IMG/VR virus record: IMGVR_UViG_3300025319_000005
Span: 124,001 to 188,000 of that record
DNA length: 64,000 nt
Direction: 5' to 3' (one strand)
In this document: piece by piece, positions 9,548 to 19,265 of the stretch
Layout: the number at the start of each line of letters is the position of its first letter
How positions within the stretch are numbered: position 1 is the first letter of the stretch
Notes under the pieces: generated by a model
What the model was told of the DNA's origin: nothing
Seen by the model: only the letters and a program-made list of their open reading frames with translations
Database searches by the model: none
Position numbers and translations under genes: made by a program

Positions 9548-10324
9548 TTAAATAAAATATTTTGGAAACTTGTTAACTAACTTAAGAAAATTATTATACA
9601 TATATTTTTCTCTATATTTTTCTTTATCCGGTATCCTTGAATCAATGTAAATTATATGGTCAAAAAGCCAATTTTCATGAGCAATCCTTATTGTTTCAGT
9701 TGTTCTATGGTCATTATCTGTTAATTTAAATTGGTTTACATGTATAAGTAAACTTTCAAAATCACATTTATATTCATTATCTTTTATGAATTCAAGAGAA
9801 CTGTTAGGCATTTCAGCGAGAAACATATTTTCAACTCTTTTATTGTGTTGCTCTTTATTATGTTGAAATAATTCAAGCTCATTAACCCTTCTTACGTCAG
9901 TAATAACTATTTTTTTATTGTCTCCAATTTTTAATAATGCTCTGTTTGTCCAATAATGCATACCATTTTTTTCCTTCATTAATTCAGCAAACCAAATCAT
10001 ATAAGGTCTTAAAATTTCTTTTATCTCTGAGTTTTTTGGATTAAGAAAATTTACATCTTCAATACTAATTTCAATTCCTTTATCAATTAAATCATTAAAT
10101 ACTTGCGGTCTCATATATTCATCAATATCACCTTTAACAACATCACCAAAAGAAATTCTTTTAAAGCCAAGTTTTTCTACCATTAAATTTCCAAAAGTAT
10201 CTTTCCCCGATTTAGAATATCCACAACATCCAATTATTGTTTTATTTTTTAATAAATCAAAATTTATTTCACCATCTCCAGAAGTAAGTAATTCCCCCGG
10301 AATTTCAATATCAATTTTTTCCAT
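9548..10324 (-). CDS. deoxynucleoside monophosphate kinase-like protein
   Basis: P-loop GCCGYSKSGKDT, ISFGD, ITDVRR.NE; start reassigned to 10324. Confidence 0.75.
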   Translation of the reverse strand: MEKIDIEIPGELLTSGDGEINFDLLKNKTIIGCCGYSKSGKDTFGNLMVEKLGFKRISFGDVVKGDIDEYMRPQVFNDLIDKGIEISIEDVNFLNPKNSEIKEILRPYMIWFAELMKEKNGMHYWTNRALLKIGDNKKIVITDVRRVNELELFQHNKEQHNKRVENMFLAEMPNSSLEFIKDNEYKCDFESLLIHVNQFKLTDNDHRTTETIRIAHENWLFDHIIYIDSRIPDKEKYREKYMYNNFLKLVNKFPKYFI

Positions 10325-10353
10325 ATCCAAATTTAAATATAAAAAACCACAAA

Positions 10354-12561
10354 TCAAAAATCAACAACATTATTATTGTCATTATGTGCAATATTTTGTA
10401 ATTCCTGAACGTTGAAATTAAAATCCAACATTTCGTTTTCTATATGTTTTGCTTGTTGAATTGTTTCTGGCAATTTCAAATCATAACAATTATTATATTC
10501 TTTTATTTCAAAGAATTTTTTAATAAAATCTTTTACTGAGTTAATTATTGTTTCGGTAGCTTTAGCATTATGTTTAGCTTTTAACTGATTAAAAGTATAT
10601 ATTGTTTTTTTTGAACCATCAGAATCAATATTCGAATATTGTATATTTATACTAAGAGTAGCTCTATCCATAGTTTCTAAATCTTCAACAGAATATATTA
10701 CAAAACTTCCTTTTGCAACATTTGCACAATAAGTTTTAACACAATGACTCATTACTGATGATTCTTCATAAAATTTTTCCGGAGTATCAATTAAATTAAA
10801 TTTGATATTATCAAAAATTCCTTCTGTATGTCTGAATTTATCTATGTGAATTTTTAAGTCTTCACTTAATTTTTTATCTGCAATCAACCTAAAAGAAAGA
10901 CTCAAAGAATTATGCATATCAACTAAAGCATCAAAAGTTTTTGATTTTAATATTTCAGTTAATTGAATCTCTACATTTATTAACATAAATATAGTGTCCA
11001 TATACAATTGAAGTATTTTTTCAAAATTAGCATCAGAGGTATGAAAGATTTTTAAAATATGGCAAAAATGTTTGTGGGTTATTTTAAAATGTCCTATTCT
11101 GTTAATGCTTTGATTATACATATTTTGCACACAAACAATAAAGTCGTAAGCATCTTTTATATTATTATTTAATATTATTTTGTCAACTGTTTCAATTTCG
11201 TCAAAAGCAGAATTGTTATGTAAGAATCCATAAAACACTTGAGCAACTTCATCAAAATTTCTTTCTAAAAATAAGTCTACATAAAATTTTCTAAATTGTA
11301 TATTTTTCAATCTCAATTTAATATCTTTATATATTGGAACCCTTGTGTCAACCTGTACTGTCGGATGAGTTGTTATTGAAAATAATAAATCTTTTTTTTG
11401 GGGATGAGCTTTTAATTTTCTCTTTCTTTTTTTCTCTTCTGTTTTTATGTATTTAATTATTTTTGTATGTTTCGAAAATTCAGAAGTTACTTTACTTTTA
11501 AACATAGTTTCCAAAATTGTTTTTGGATTGGTTGGATTTTTCTTTTTTAAGTTTGTCAAAGAACACACAAAAGAAGAATTTGTTAATAAATTAAGAAATT
11601 TATCCGGACCATAAGTAAGAATTAATGTCACGATGGGCTGATAAACTGAAAGTGACAACATTATACATAATCTTCTTTTTAAATATTGTATCCAAATATA
11701 TCTGCTTGTAGACATATTTCCATTATAGTTACTGAGCGATTCTGGCTTATAATGACAATTATTTAAAAAAGATTCTTCACCACAATTAGTTGGAGAGCTA
11801 CTTAAATTTCTAAATAAAGAATTCAAATACATTTCATCACGCTCTTTTTCTAATATTAAATTTATTCTATTAACATCCCTCTGGTCACATTTTGATTCTA
11901 CTAGTTCACAAAATTTTATTAAAGGTTTTATTACCTGTCTTTCAAAAAGTCCTTGCGAAATTACATTTTCATATAATGCATTTAATGTCATATTGTTAAC
12001 TATTGAAGAACAATGTTTAACAAGAAATCTAAACGGCACTGTAATTATTTTTTCCTTAATTTTTATCTTTATGGTATCGCTTTTTTTAGAAAGGTATAAT
12101 GAACGATTACTAATATTCCTAAAAATCAATTTTTTTGTTGTAACAGAGACAAACACTATAGTTGCAAAAGAATATAAAGCATAAAAATTTTCTTTTTCAA
12201 CTACACCAAATCTTTTTGATGTAACATTTCCTTCTATTTCTTTAGAGTAAATTAACTTTACACCGGAAAGGGATTTGTACTCTTTACTGCAACTATTGCA
12301 AATTGTTTTTTGACTTGAAATTATTTTACCGTATCCATTTCTACTTATTGCTTCAAAAGGAATTTCAGTCATTTGACCACAAGTACAATATAAAGCCCAT
12401 CTTTTATTGGAATAATTGTTTTGAAAATGGCTGAATTCTTTTTTTACATTTGTTTCTGGTGTGCTTTCCACGTCATCAAAAGACGGATTAGAAGAATCGT
12501 TATATTGTGGAGTCCTAACTAAATCAAATATAAGAGCAAGATATGGATTTTTTTCTTTCAA
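10354..12561 (-). CDS. PcfJ-like domain protein
   Basis: C-terminal EESSVMSHCVKTY..RATL..QLKAKHN; N-terminal Cys pairs. Confidence 0.65.
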   Translation of the reverse strand: MKEKNPYLALIFDLVRTPQYNDSSNPSFDDVESTPETNVKKEFSHFQNNYSNKRWALYCTCGQMTEIPFEAISRNGYGKIISSQKTICNSCSKEYKSLSGVKLIYSKEIEGNVTSKRFGVVEKENFYALYSFATIVFVSVTTKKLIFRNISNRSLYLSKKSDTIKIKIKEKIITVPFRFLVKHCSSIVNNMTLNALYENVISQGLFERQVIKPLIKFCELVESKCDQRDVNRINLILEKERDEMYLNSLFRNLSSSPTNCGEESFLNNCHYKPESLSNYNGNMSTSRYIWIQYLKRRLCIMLSLSVYQPIVTLILTYGPDKFLNLLTNSSFVCSLTNLKKKNPTNPKTILETMFKSKVTSEFSKHTKIIKYIKTEEKKRKRKLKAHPQKKDLLFSITTHPTVQVDTRVPIYKDIKLRLKNIQFRKFYVDLFLERNFDEVAQVFYGFLHNNSAFDEIETVDKIILNNNIKDAYDFIVCVQNMYNQSINRIGHFKITHKHFCHILKIFHTSDANFEKILQLYMDTIFMLINVEIQLTEILKSKTFDALVDMHNSLSLSFRLIADKKLSEDLKIHIDKFRHTEGIFDNIKFNLIDTPEKFYEESSVMSHCVKTYCANVAKGSFVIYSVEDLETMDRATLSINIQYSNIDSDGSKKTIYTFNQLKAKHNAKATETIINSVKDFIKKFFEIKEYNNCYDLKLPETIQQAKHIENEMLDFNFNVQELQNIAHNDNNNVVDF

Positions 12562-12566
12562 AATGA

Positions 12567-13679
12567 CTAATTACTTAATGGAAAATGAATTTTTGGATGC
12601 GATTTATAATTTTCTAAAGTAATATCTTCTAAGGCATATTCAGAAATGTCATTAACTATTTTATCAGATATTTTAACTATTGGTAACTCATATGACTCTC
12701 TTAACAATTGTTCATTAACTCCATCAATTTGATTTAAATAAATGTGACAATCACCTAAGTTTCCTATTATCTCATATGGAATCATACTTACTTGTTTGGC
12801 AATCATACTTAAAAGAAGAGAATAGCTGCTGATATTATATGGTAAACCAAGTGCCGTATCAATGCTTCTTTGATTCCAACTTAATGAAATTGCTCGTTTC
12901 GGAATGTTTTGTTGATCTAATTCAAAATCTTTCCAATTATTTTTCCCACCTTTGTCACTGCCACCATAACCCAAATTTTTATCAAACCACTTATTTCTTT
13001 CTTCTGTGGTTAATTCTCTTGTCCAACATTGGAATCCATAATGACAAGGAGGTAAAACACATTTATCTAAAGTTCCTGGATTCCAAGCACTAACCATTAA
13101 TCTTCTACTATCTGGATTGGCTTTTAAGTCATTTATAAGATTCGATATTTGATCTACGAAACCAATTTTTGCTTGGATGCCTTTTTCTGTTTTTTCATAT
13201 TCTGTAAAAGTCCACTTCCTCCATTGTTTACCATAAATTTCGCCTAAATTTCCCCATTTTTCAGAAAATCCTTCTTCGTTTTTTATTTTATCAATAAATT
13301 CTTCTTTTGATTCGTACCTTAATGGAGCTGGATTAAATTCTGGTGAATATTTTTTTGCTTCTTTGGTGGCATAATCATATAACATTTTCTTTTCTTTTTC
13401 AAATGCTTTATATGCGTCCCCATCCCAAATATGACAGTTGTTATCAACTAAATATTTTATGTTTGTATCTCCTTTTAAAAACCAAAGTAATTCAGTTACT
13501 ATTGTTTTAAATGCCATTTTTTTGGTAGTAAGTAAAGGAAAACCGGTAGACAATTTATGACGTATTTCTCGACTAAATACACTTAAAGTTCCAGTTCCTG
13601 TTCTATCAGATTTTTTAGTACCATTTTCAAGAATATCTTTAAGTAAATTTTGATAATCTAAATCTAATTTATTTGCCAT
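12567..13679 (-). CDS. thyA: thymidylate synthase
   Basis: DRTGTGT, GFPLLTTKK, LPPCH, QRSIDTALGLPYN, HIYLNQ. Confidence 0.97.
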   Translation of the reverse strand: MANKLDLDYQNLLKDILENGTKKSDRTGTGTLSVFSREIRHKLSTGFPLLTTKKMAFKTIVTELLWFLKGDTNIKYLVDNNCHIWDGDAYKAFEKEKKMLYDYATKEAKKYSPEFNPAPLRYESKEEFIDKIKNEEGFSEKWGNLGEIYGKQWRKWTFTEYEKTEKGIQAKIGFVDQISNLINDLKANPDSRRLMVSAWNPGTLDKCVLPPCHYGFQCWTRELTTEERNKWFDKNLGYGGSDKGGKNNWKDFELDQQNIPKRAISLSWNQRSIDTALGLPYNISSYSLLLSMIAKQVSMIPYEIIGNLGDCHIYLNQIDGVNEQLLRESYELPIVKISDKIVNDISEYALEDITLENYKSHPKIHFPLSN

Positions 13680-13693
13680 AATTATTTTTTATA

Positions 13694-13723
13694 CAAAAGT
13701 AGTAAAAATTTCAATACTATTTA
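13694..13723. promoter_or_regulatory. divergent promoters: TAnnTTTG (minus, thyA) and TATTTA (plus)
   Basis: CAAAAGTA at 13694-13701; TATTTA at 13718-13723. Confidence 0.6.
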
Positions 13724-13751
13724 ATGTAACATACAATATTTTTCAACAAAA

Positions 13752-15149
13752 ATGCCGTCAAAAAATAAAAAACAGTTAAATTTTTTCTTATTAGTTAAAG
13801 CCTATAAAGAATCTGGAGAAAATGGCGTTTTTCGTCAATTAAAACATCTTGAAGGATATAAACCAAGACTTACTCCAACTTATATGAACAAGTTGATTAA
13901 AACAGCTGAAAGTATTGCTGATTCAGATTTAATAGATATGACTTCTGGAGTAGAAGGAGAAAACCCATTAGGCGATACAAGAAATTTAAAAGTAGGCTAC
14001 TGGGCATTATTTACAGGAAAATACAAACCAGCCGGCTCAAAAGATGAAATTCCAAAAGAAGGAGAATTTATAGCCCAAATAAAAAAAGTAGATAACGCGA
14101 AAGGTTTGGTTGAATTTAATCAAAAAGGTTTTAGAAATAAGTATGGAAATACTATTTTCATACCAAGAAGAGCTGTGGTCATCAATCAAGAATTTCAATA
14201 TTTGGATTATGCTTTATTTGACAATGTAATACGTACCGGTAAAAACCCTCAAGAACTTGCGAAGCCAAAAGAAAATATGGAAGAGTCAATTGAACTTAAA
14301 AGCAAATCACATAAGGGCAATAGATTATTTGATATGCTTAAAACTGCAAAGTTTCAACATTATGATTCTCCAAAAGGAGAATTATCTACATTAAATCATG
14401 GAGAAGAAGATAGAAAAAGAATAGTTTCAAAACTAGGCAAAGCTGATAAAAAAACTTATAGAGAATGGATTAAAACTCCAGAAGGAAAAGAATCTTTGGA
14501 AAGGTTTGAGGATTTTACATCACCCTTATTTAAAAAGAATAAAATTGAAGAATCAGTAAGAAAAATGGTAAGGAAGTTGTTGCGAGAAAACTTATCAGGA
14601 GAAAATTTGATACCAGATGATATAATTGATAGCTTTTACAATAGAATAAAGAAAATATTAGACGCTGGAGCTGATAAAAAACATCCCTCAGTAGAACGAG
14701 AATTAAACAGAATCAAAATGTTGAATGCAGATGTTATACCTGAAAAGATAAAAGCTCTTTTAACAGAAGAAATCGAAAATAATAATATTGATTTATCGAA
14801 TTATAATGGCTGGGAAAAACAATCAGAATGGTTTGGAAATCCTTCATTAGGCTTAGAAAGTTATAAAAAGATATTTCAAAATCCATTTAACAACAAAATG
14901 GTTCCTGTTTTTATATACGGCAAAGAAGGAGAAGGAAAAGATAAACCAATTTTGGGCGGTACTGATGAAAAAGGAAACAGGGTTTTGTCAGGCGAAAAAT
15001 TCGATGCTTCAGATTGGCATTTTGTAGTGCATGCCGGAGCTAATAGTCAATATTCTTATTCTGGAGGATTTTATCCAGAAACCCCAACTTTAAAACAAGC
15101 TATGGATATTGTGGATGAGAAATATAAAAACAAAAAACTTATTCATTAA
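13752..15149 (+). CDS. multi-module putative virion-associated protein
   Basis: internal IEESVRKMVRKLLRE leader-type motif; MEE/IEE/LTEE junctions. Confidence 0.6.
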   Translation: MPSKNKKQLNFFLLVKAYKESGENGVFRQLKHLEGYKPRLTPTYMNKLIKTAESIADSDLIDMTSGVEGENPLGDTRNLKVGYWALFTGKYKPAGSKDEIPKEGEFIAQIKKVDNAKGLVEFNQKGFRNKYGNTIFIPRRAVVINQEFQYLDYALFDNVIRTGKNPQELAKPKENMEESIELKSKSHKGNRLFDMLKTAKFQHYDSPKGELSTLNHGEEDRKRIVSKLGKADKKTYREWIKTPEGKESLERFEDFTSPLFKKNKIEESVRKMVRKLLRENLSGENLIPDDIIDSFYNRIKKILDAGADKKHPSVERELNRIKMLNADVIPEKIKALLTEEIENNNIDLSNYNGWEKQSEWFGNPSLGLESYKKIFQNPFNNKMVPVFIYGKEGEGKDKPILGGTDEKGNRVLSGEKFDASDWHFVVHAGANSQYSYSGGFYPETPTLKQAMDIVDEKYKNKKLIH

Positions 15150-15296
15150 ATTCTTGTGATATTCAATCACATATTTTAATTTTTTCAAAATATATCATGA
15201 ATCTTTTAAAATTTCATTCGTGAATAAAAATATATTACTTTCAGTATGTTTGCCTTAAAAGTTTTTTATTGCATATTTATAGTAAACATACTTAAA

Positions 15297-15992
15297 ATGA
15301 AAACAGAAACAGAAAAAACAGAAGAGAAACAAAAAATCAAAGAATTGGTTGATAAGGGTTTAAAAAATAAAGAAATTGGGAAAATATTAGGAATGAAATA
15401 TCGTACAGTTTGTTTTAAGTTAAGAGAATATAAATTAATTAGATATTCTAAACCGCAAATTTCTCAAGAAAAAATAGATGAAATGATTAGATTATATAAT
15501 GAAGGATATAATTGTACCGAAATTTGTGAAAAAATAAATATAAGTAAAATTACAATTTCATTTATACTAAAGGAGAACGGAATCAAAATAGTTAAACGAA
15601 GTGCTGATAGTAAACCAGAATTAAGATTATTAAGAGGTGAAAAATGTATAATTTGCGATAGAAACCTTGGACCATATGTTACAATATGTAGCACTTGTGT
15701 TTCTCAAGTTAGAAGGTATAAAATAAAGAAAAAAATGTTTGATTTTAAAGGTGGCAAATGTGAAGATTGTGGAGATGATAGTTTATGTGTGGATATTTAT
15801 GATTTTCATCATTTAGATCCAGATGAAAAGGATTTTAATTTATCAAAAGTTTTAATAGACGGAAAATCTTGGGATGATATAGAAAAAGAATTAAAAAAAT
15901 GCGCCTTACTCTGTTCTAATTGTCACAGAATTAGACATTCTGTTGAAAGAAAAAGTGAAAAATTTTGGAAATATATAAAATTAATTTCTTAA
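15297..15992 (+). CDS. HNH homing endonuclease with N-terminal HTH repeats
   Basis: CEDCG..YDFHHLDPDEKDF..KCALLCSNCHRIRH; start reassigned to 15297 after TATTTA 15274-15279. Confidence 0.85.
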   Translation: MKTETEKTEEKQKIKELVDKGLKNKEIGKILGMKYRTVCFKLREYKLIRYSKPQISQEKIDEMIRLYNEGYNCTEICEKINISKITISFILKENGIKIVKRSADSKPELRLLRGEKCIICDRNLGPYVTICSTCVSQVRRYKIKKKMFDFKGGKCEDCGDDSLCVDIYDFHHLDPDEKDFNLSKVLIDGKSWDDIEKELKKCALLCSNCHRIRHSVERKSEKFWKYIKLIS

Positions 15993-15996
15993 AAAG

Positions 15997-16028
15997 AAAA
16001 GCTCCAGTAAAACAATTACTGGAGCTTT
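15997..16028. terminator. bidirectional intrinsic terminator
   Basis: AAAGCTCCAGTAA-AACAA-TTACTGGAGCTTT between the HNH gene and the convergent RNA cluster. Confidence 0.8.
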
Positions 16029-16033
16029 CACTG

Positions 16034-16150
16034 TGTTGATGGGGGGGATCGAACCAACCCGACTCATTTGCTTTCAGGAAATTGCTCTCACTTACTCCTT
16101 GCGAAGTAAAGGATTTGTCTTGCGAAAAACCACCACTGAGCTACATCAAC
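16034..16150 (-). tRNA. atypical tRNA-Phe(GAA)-like gene with ~41-nt two-hairpin D-loop insertion
   Basis: acceptor GTTGATG/CATCAAC, D stem GCTC/GAGC, loop CTGAAAG, T loop TTCGATC; insertion forms two GCAA-capped hairpins. Confidence 0.7.
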
Positions 16151-16173
16151 ATATTATTAAAGAACTAATTTTG

Positions 16174-16250
16174 TGTCGATTAGAGACTACAAGTCCTCTC
16201 TTTTCTGGTTGTTCACACCAGCACTTTACGTGTACATAAGTTAAATCGAC
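16174..16250 (-). ncRNA. non-canonical tRNA-like RNA, GAA anticodon (copy 1)
   Basis: GTCGATT/AATCGAC, ACTT/AAGT, CTGGT-GTGAACA-ACCAG, T-like loop CTTGTAG; 77 nt. Confidence 0.75.
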
Positions 16251-16255
16251 ATATG

Positions 16256-16332
16256 TGTTGGTGAGAGACTACAAATCCGCTCTTATTCGGCTGTTCACAC
16301 CGATACTTTATATGTGTATAAGTTACACCAAC
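16256..16332 (-). ncRNA. non-canonical tRNA-like RNA, GAA anticodon (copy 2)
   Basis: GTTGGTG/CACCAAC, ACTT/AAGT, TCGGT-GTGAACA-GCCGA, T-like loop TTTGTAG; compensatory changes versus copy 1. Confidence 0.75.
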
Positions 16333-16377
16333 ATATTTTATTTAAAAGAACTAAATCGTTTCAATTATTTAACGATA

Positions 16378-16410
16378 CAAAGATAATAATATTTAAAACT
16401 TAAAACCAAA
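16378..16410 (-). promoter_or_regulatory. Bacteroidetes sigmaA-type promoter for the tRNA-like cluster
   Basis: TTTG-N21-TATCTTTG on the minus strand. Confidence 0.75.
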
Positions 16411-16469
16411 TATTTTATAATAAAAATTTACCTATTTATTAAAAAGTTATTAACAATTCAAATACTACA

Positions 16470-17009
16470 ATGACTACAGAGGAAAAAAAATTAAGAATAG
16501 CTATAAGAAAATCATTAATGGAAATGGAAAACGTTTCTGAAAGCGATATTTTAACAAGAGCTGGAGTTAACTGGCAAGAGATGAAGCCTAAATTTTTAAA
16601 AACAGTTAAATGTCTTGTTTCAAAAATAGATGACGATAAATATAACGATGCAGAAGATTTAATAGGTAAAGCTATTGGTATGCTTAAAATTTGGAAAGCA
16701 AAAATGAAAAAAGGAATAGGAATGGTTGATAGAACTTCGAATACTGAGACGTTGGATGAAATTGATATTACGGAAACTTTTGGTGGGAAATATGCTCTAG
16801 GAACTGGATATAAAAAAGATGAAATTGGCGATAAAAAATATCAAGGAAAACTTATTGATTATATTCTTTATAATCAAGGAAGAAACACAGACCAAAGAGA
16901 GCCGACTGATAGAAAAATGTATTGCGGATATGATTTAGAACAATTATCTAATAAGGATTTACAAAAAATAAAGGATAACATGGAACATCCAAGAGGAAGA
17001 TACTGGTAA
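16470..17009 (+). CDS. putative virion-associated protein with leader motif
   Basis: KLRIAIRKSLME; TATTTA at 16433-16438. Confidence 0.6.
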   Translation: MTTEEKKLRIAIRKSLMEMENVSESDILTRAGVNWQEMKPKFLKTVKCLVSKIDDDKYNDAEDLIGKAIGMLKIWKAKMKKGIGMVDRTSNTETLDEIDITETFGGKYALGTGYKKDEIGDKKYQGKLIDYILYNQGRNTDQREPTDRKMYCGYDLEQLSNKDLQKIKDNMEHPRGRYW

Positions 17010-17054
17010 TTAAAGAGTTGCAGTAAAATCCTTCCAATCTTTTTCTGATTTAAT

Positions 17055-17504
17055 CTAATCATAATTACATCCAAAAAAGGTTTCATTCGTTAATACATTA
17101 CTTGTAAGTCCTGCTTCGGAAGTTACAACTACAGAGCTTTGTATTTCTCCTTTAACCCACATTTTAAAGATGTTATTATCCTCTTTATATTTATCTCTTT
17201 GTGATTTTATATCAAATCCGTAGTCTGCGTGTAGTCCAATAAAAACTCCTTTATTTTGATTGCCGATTTTTTCTACCAGCACTTCTGGCTTTACTAAATA
17301 ATATAAACATTCTAAAGCTTCTTCGCTGTGTGCTGTCGAGGATTTCTTGCTAATAAATCTTTCATCAAATTTTCCTAATTTAGAAATTAGCTCTTCGACT
17401 TTTGACCTGTTGTTTTTAATAACTTTCAGTTCTTCTTCTAAATGAATTGTATTAAAACTAATACCAAATAGTGTTGTTGTTTCTTCGAATTCTTCAATAT
17501 CCAT
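17055..17504 (-). CDS. hypothetical protein
   Basis: 149 aa; tandem TAGATTTG promoters at 17509-17516 and 17524-17531. Confidence 0.6.
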   Translation of the reverse strand: MDIEEFEETTTLFGISFNTIHLEEELKVIKNNRSKVEELISKLGKFDERFISKKSSTAHSEEALECLYYLVKPEVLVEKIGNQNKGVFIGLHADYGFDIKSQRDKYKEDNNIFKMWVKGEIQSSVVVTSEAGLTSNVLTNETFFGCNYD

Positions 17505-17541
17505 ATGACAAATCTAATATAAACAAATCTAAAATAAAGAT

Positions 17542-17811
17542 TTAAGAATATTTACCTCTTCGATTTGCTCTCCTTGGCTTTCTTTCTAATTTTACTGGAG
17601 CTTCTTCTGTTTCCTCTATTTGTTCCGGTTCTGGTACCGGTTGTTTTGGAAGTGGCGTTTGGTCTTGTTTAATAACTTCTGGATTACCTATAGAAGGTGA
17701 TTGCGTTTGTTGAGGAACAGATTCTCCTCCTTGAGAAGATTGTTCATCTTCGTTGATAATTCCTGCCAATTCACGCATTCTTTTTAGCTCTTCTGTAAGA
17801 TTTTTTTTCAT
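17542..17811 (-). CDS. small protein with shared leader
   Basis: MKKNLTEELKRMRELAGIINE followed by a low-complexity Q/P/E tail. Confidence 0.65.
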   Translation of the reverse strand: MKKNLTEELKRMRELAGIINEDEQSSQGGESVPQQTQSPSIGNPEVIKQDQTPLPKQPVPEPEQIEETEEAPVKLERKPRRANRRGKYS

Positions 17812-17824
17812 TTTACTTAATTTG

Positions 17825-18310
17825 TTATTTTCCTGGTTTTCCAGATTTTATCCACTCATCTCTAAGTTTCTCATTTTCTATTCTATTCCAAACTGATTTT
17901 TGAATTGCCTGAGATGCTTTTGTTCTAGAATTTGCAGATGCTTCATCTGGATAACGGACACGCCATTGATAAACAAGCTCCTTTGCTACTCCTAAACCTC
18001 TGTATTTCTTATCAACAACAAGAGTATTGCCAAAATGATAGCTGGCAATTATTTTATCACCATCATATACAACAGCACCATCTTCATTGAATTTCGCTGA
18101 ATATTTCCCTTTTAAAAATGGTTCTAATTTATCATCTTTTAATGTGGTAAGTTCACTTGGTTTTAAAAATTTCGCATTAGCGTTTGTTGTTATTGATGGT
18201 TTTCCTAAAAATTGGTCTTTTGTTAAATCATATACAGATGAAAACTTAGCTTCATTAATTCCTGCCAATTCACGCATTCTTTTAATTTCTTCTGTGAGAT
18301 TTTTTTTCAT
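17825..18310 (-). CDS. GNAT acetyltransferase-like protein with shared leader
   Basis: MKKNLTEEIKRMRELAGINE; VVDKKYRGLGVAKEL acetyl-CoA motif. Confidence 0.7.
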   Translation of the reverse strand: MKKNLTEEIKRMRELAGINEAKFSSVYDLTKDQFLGKPSITTNANAKFLKPSELTTLKDDKLEPFLKGKYSAKFNEDGAVVYDGDKIIASYHFGNTLVVDKKYRGLGVAKELVYQWRVRYPDEASANSRTKASQAIQKSVWNRIENEKLRDEWIKSGKPGK

Positions 18311-18324
18311 ATATCATAAATAGC

Positions 18325-19230
18325 TTACAATATATATCTATTCATTAGATTAGTTAAACTTGGATGGTGTTGCGTTATTATTTCCCAGTTTTTTTTAGAT
18401 AAAGATTCGAAATCGCAATGCTTTGAGTATTTATCTGGATTGTGTATTAATAACGTTTCCCATCCCAATGCAGAGATTTTATATTTATTTTCTTCTATTA
18501 AGTAATCTAAATGTGGAAATAATTGAACAATTTTTATAAGCAAAAAACAATCTCCTATTTGAAAAATGGATAAATCACAATGTTTTAAGAGTTCTGGTTT
18601 AGTAGTTAATATTTCTACCCAATCCAAAGCTTTTAATTTTTTTAAATCTAATTTATGTATATATTTTTCTCCGCTTTTTTTAATTAAAACCCTAACAGCA
18701 TAATGGTCAAGCGTTTCTAAATTCAATTTTTCTATTATTTCCGGAGTTTTATGGAAAGATTCAATTATTTTTCCAATTTCATGTTTAGAATACGTGTATT
18801 TACCCAAATCTATCTTTGGTAAGAAGCTAATGTTTATCTCGAGCATTTTTATAGCATCTATGGCCGACAAATTTTCATAATCCAAATCAAAGTATTCAAT
18901 CATGTCCGGATGTACTATAAATATAGGAATAAGGTCTCTAAGAGTAAAATCATGCTTATTTAAATCCAATCGTTCAAGAATATATTTATCCCTTACAATT
19001 AGTCTGATAAGCTTCATTTTATCTAATTTATCCCATTCGATAATATCTTTTATTCTTTCGTTTTTTAATAATGATTTATCATCTATAAAGTTGGGATTGA
19101 TGAATTTCGATAACACTTTAAATATAGGTTCCGGCAAAATCCTGTAATCTATTAACGCAGCATAATGACATATTGCTTTTTTGATAATTTCTCGTTTACT
19201 TTGTATGTCAGGAATTTTAACTGAACTCAT
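18325..19230 (-). CDS. hypothetical helical-repeat protein
   Basis: Leu/Asp-rich repeats; start reassigned to 19230. Confidence 0.55.
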   Translation of the reverse strand: MSSVKIPDIQSKREIIKKAICHYAALIDYRILPEPIFKVLSKFINPNFIDDKSLLKNERIKDIIEWDKLDKMKLIRLIVRDKYILERLDLNKHDFTLRDLIPIFIVHPDMIEYFDLDYENLSAIDAIKMLEINISFLPKIDLGKYTYSKHEIGKIIESFHKTPEIIEKLNLETLDHYAVRVLIKKSGEKYIHKLDLKKLKALDWVEILTTKPELLKHCDLSIFQIGDCFLLIKIVQLFPHLDYLIEENKYKISALGWETLLIHNPDKYSKHCDFESLSKKNWEIITQHHPSLTNLMNRYIL

Positions 19231-19265
19231 ATATACAAATATGAATAAAGAATTATATAAAGTAA

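Noticed and set aside
16033-16239. 68-aa plus-strand ORF
   Set aside because: Antisense to the tRNA-like RNAs; no protein features
16174-16332. CRISPR mini-array or simple tandem repeat
   Set aside because: The units are whole 77-nt paralogs with compensatory stem changes and no unique spacers; no cas genes in the window
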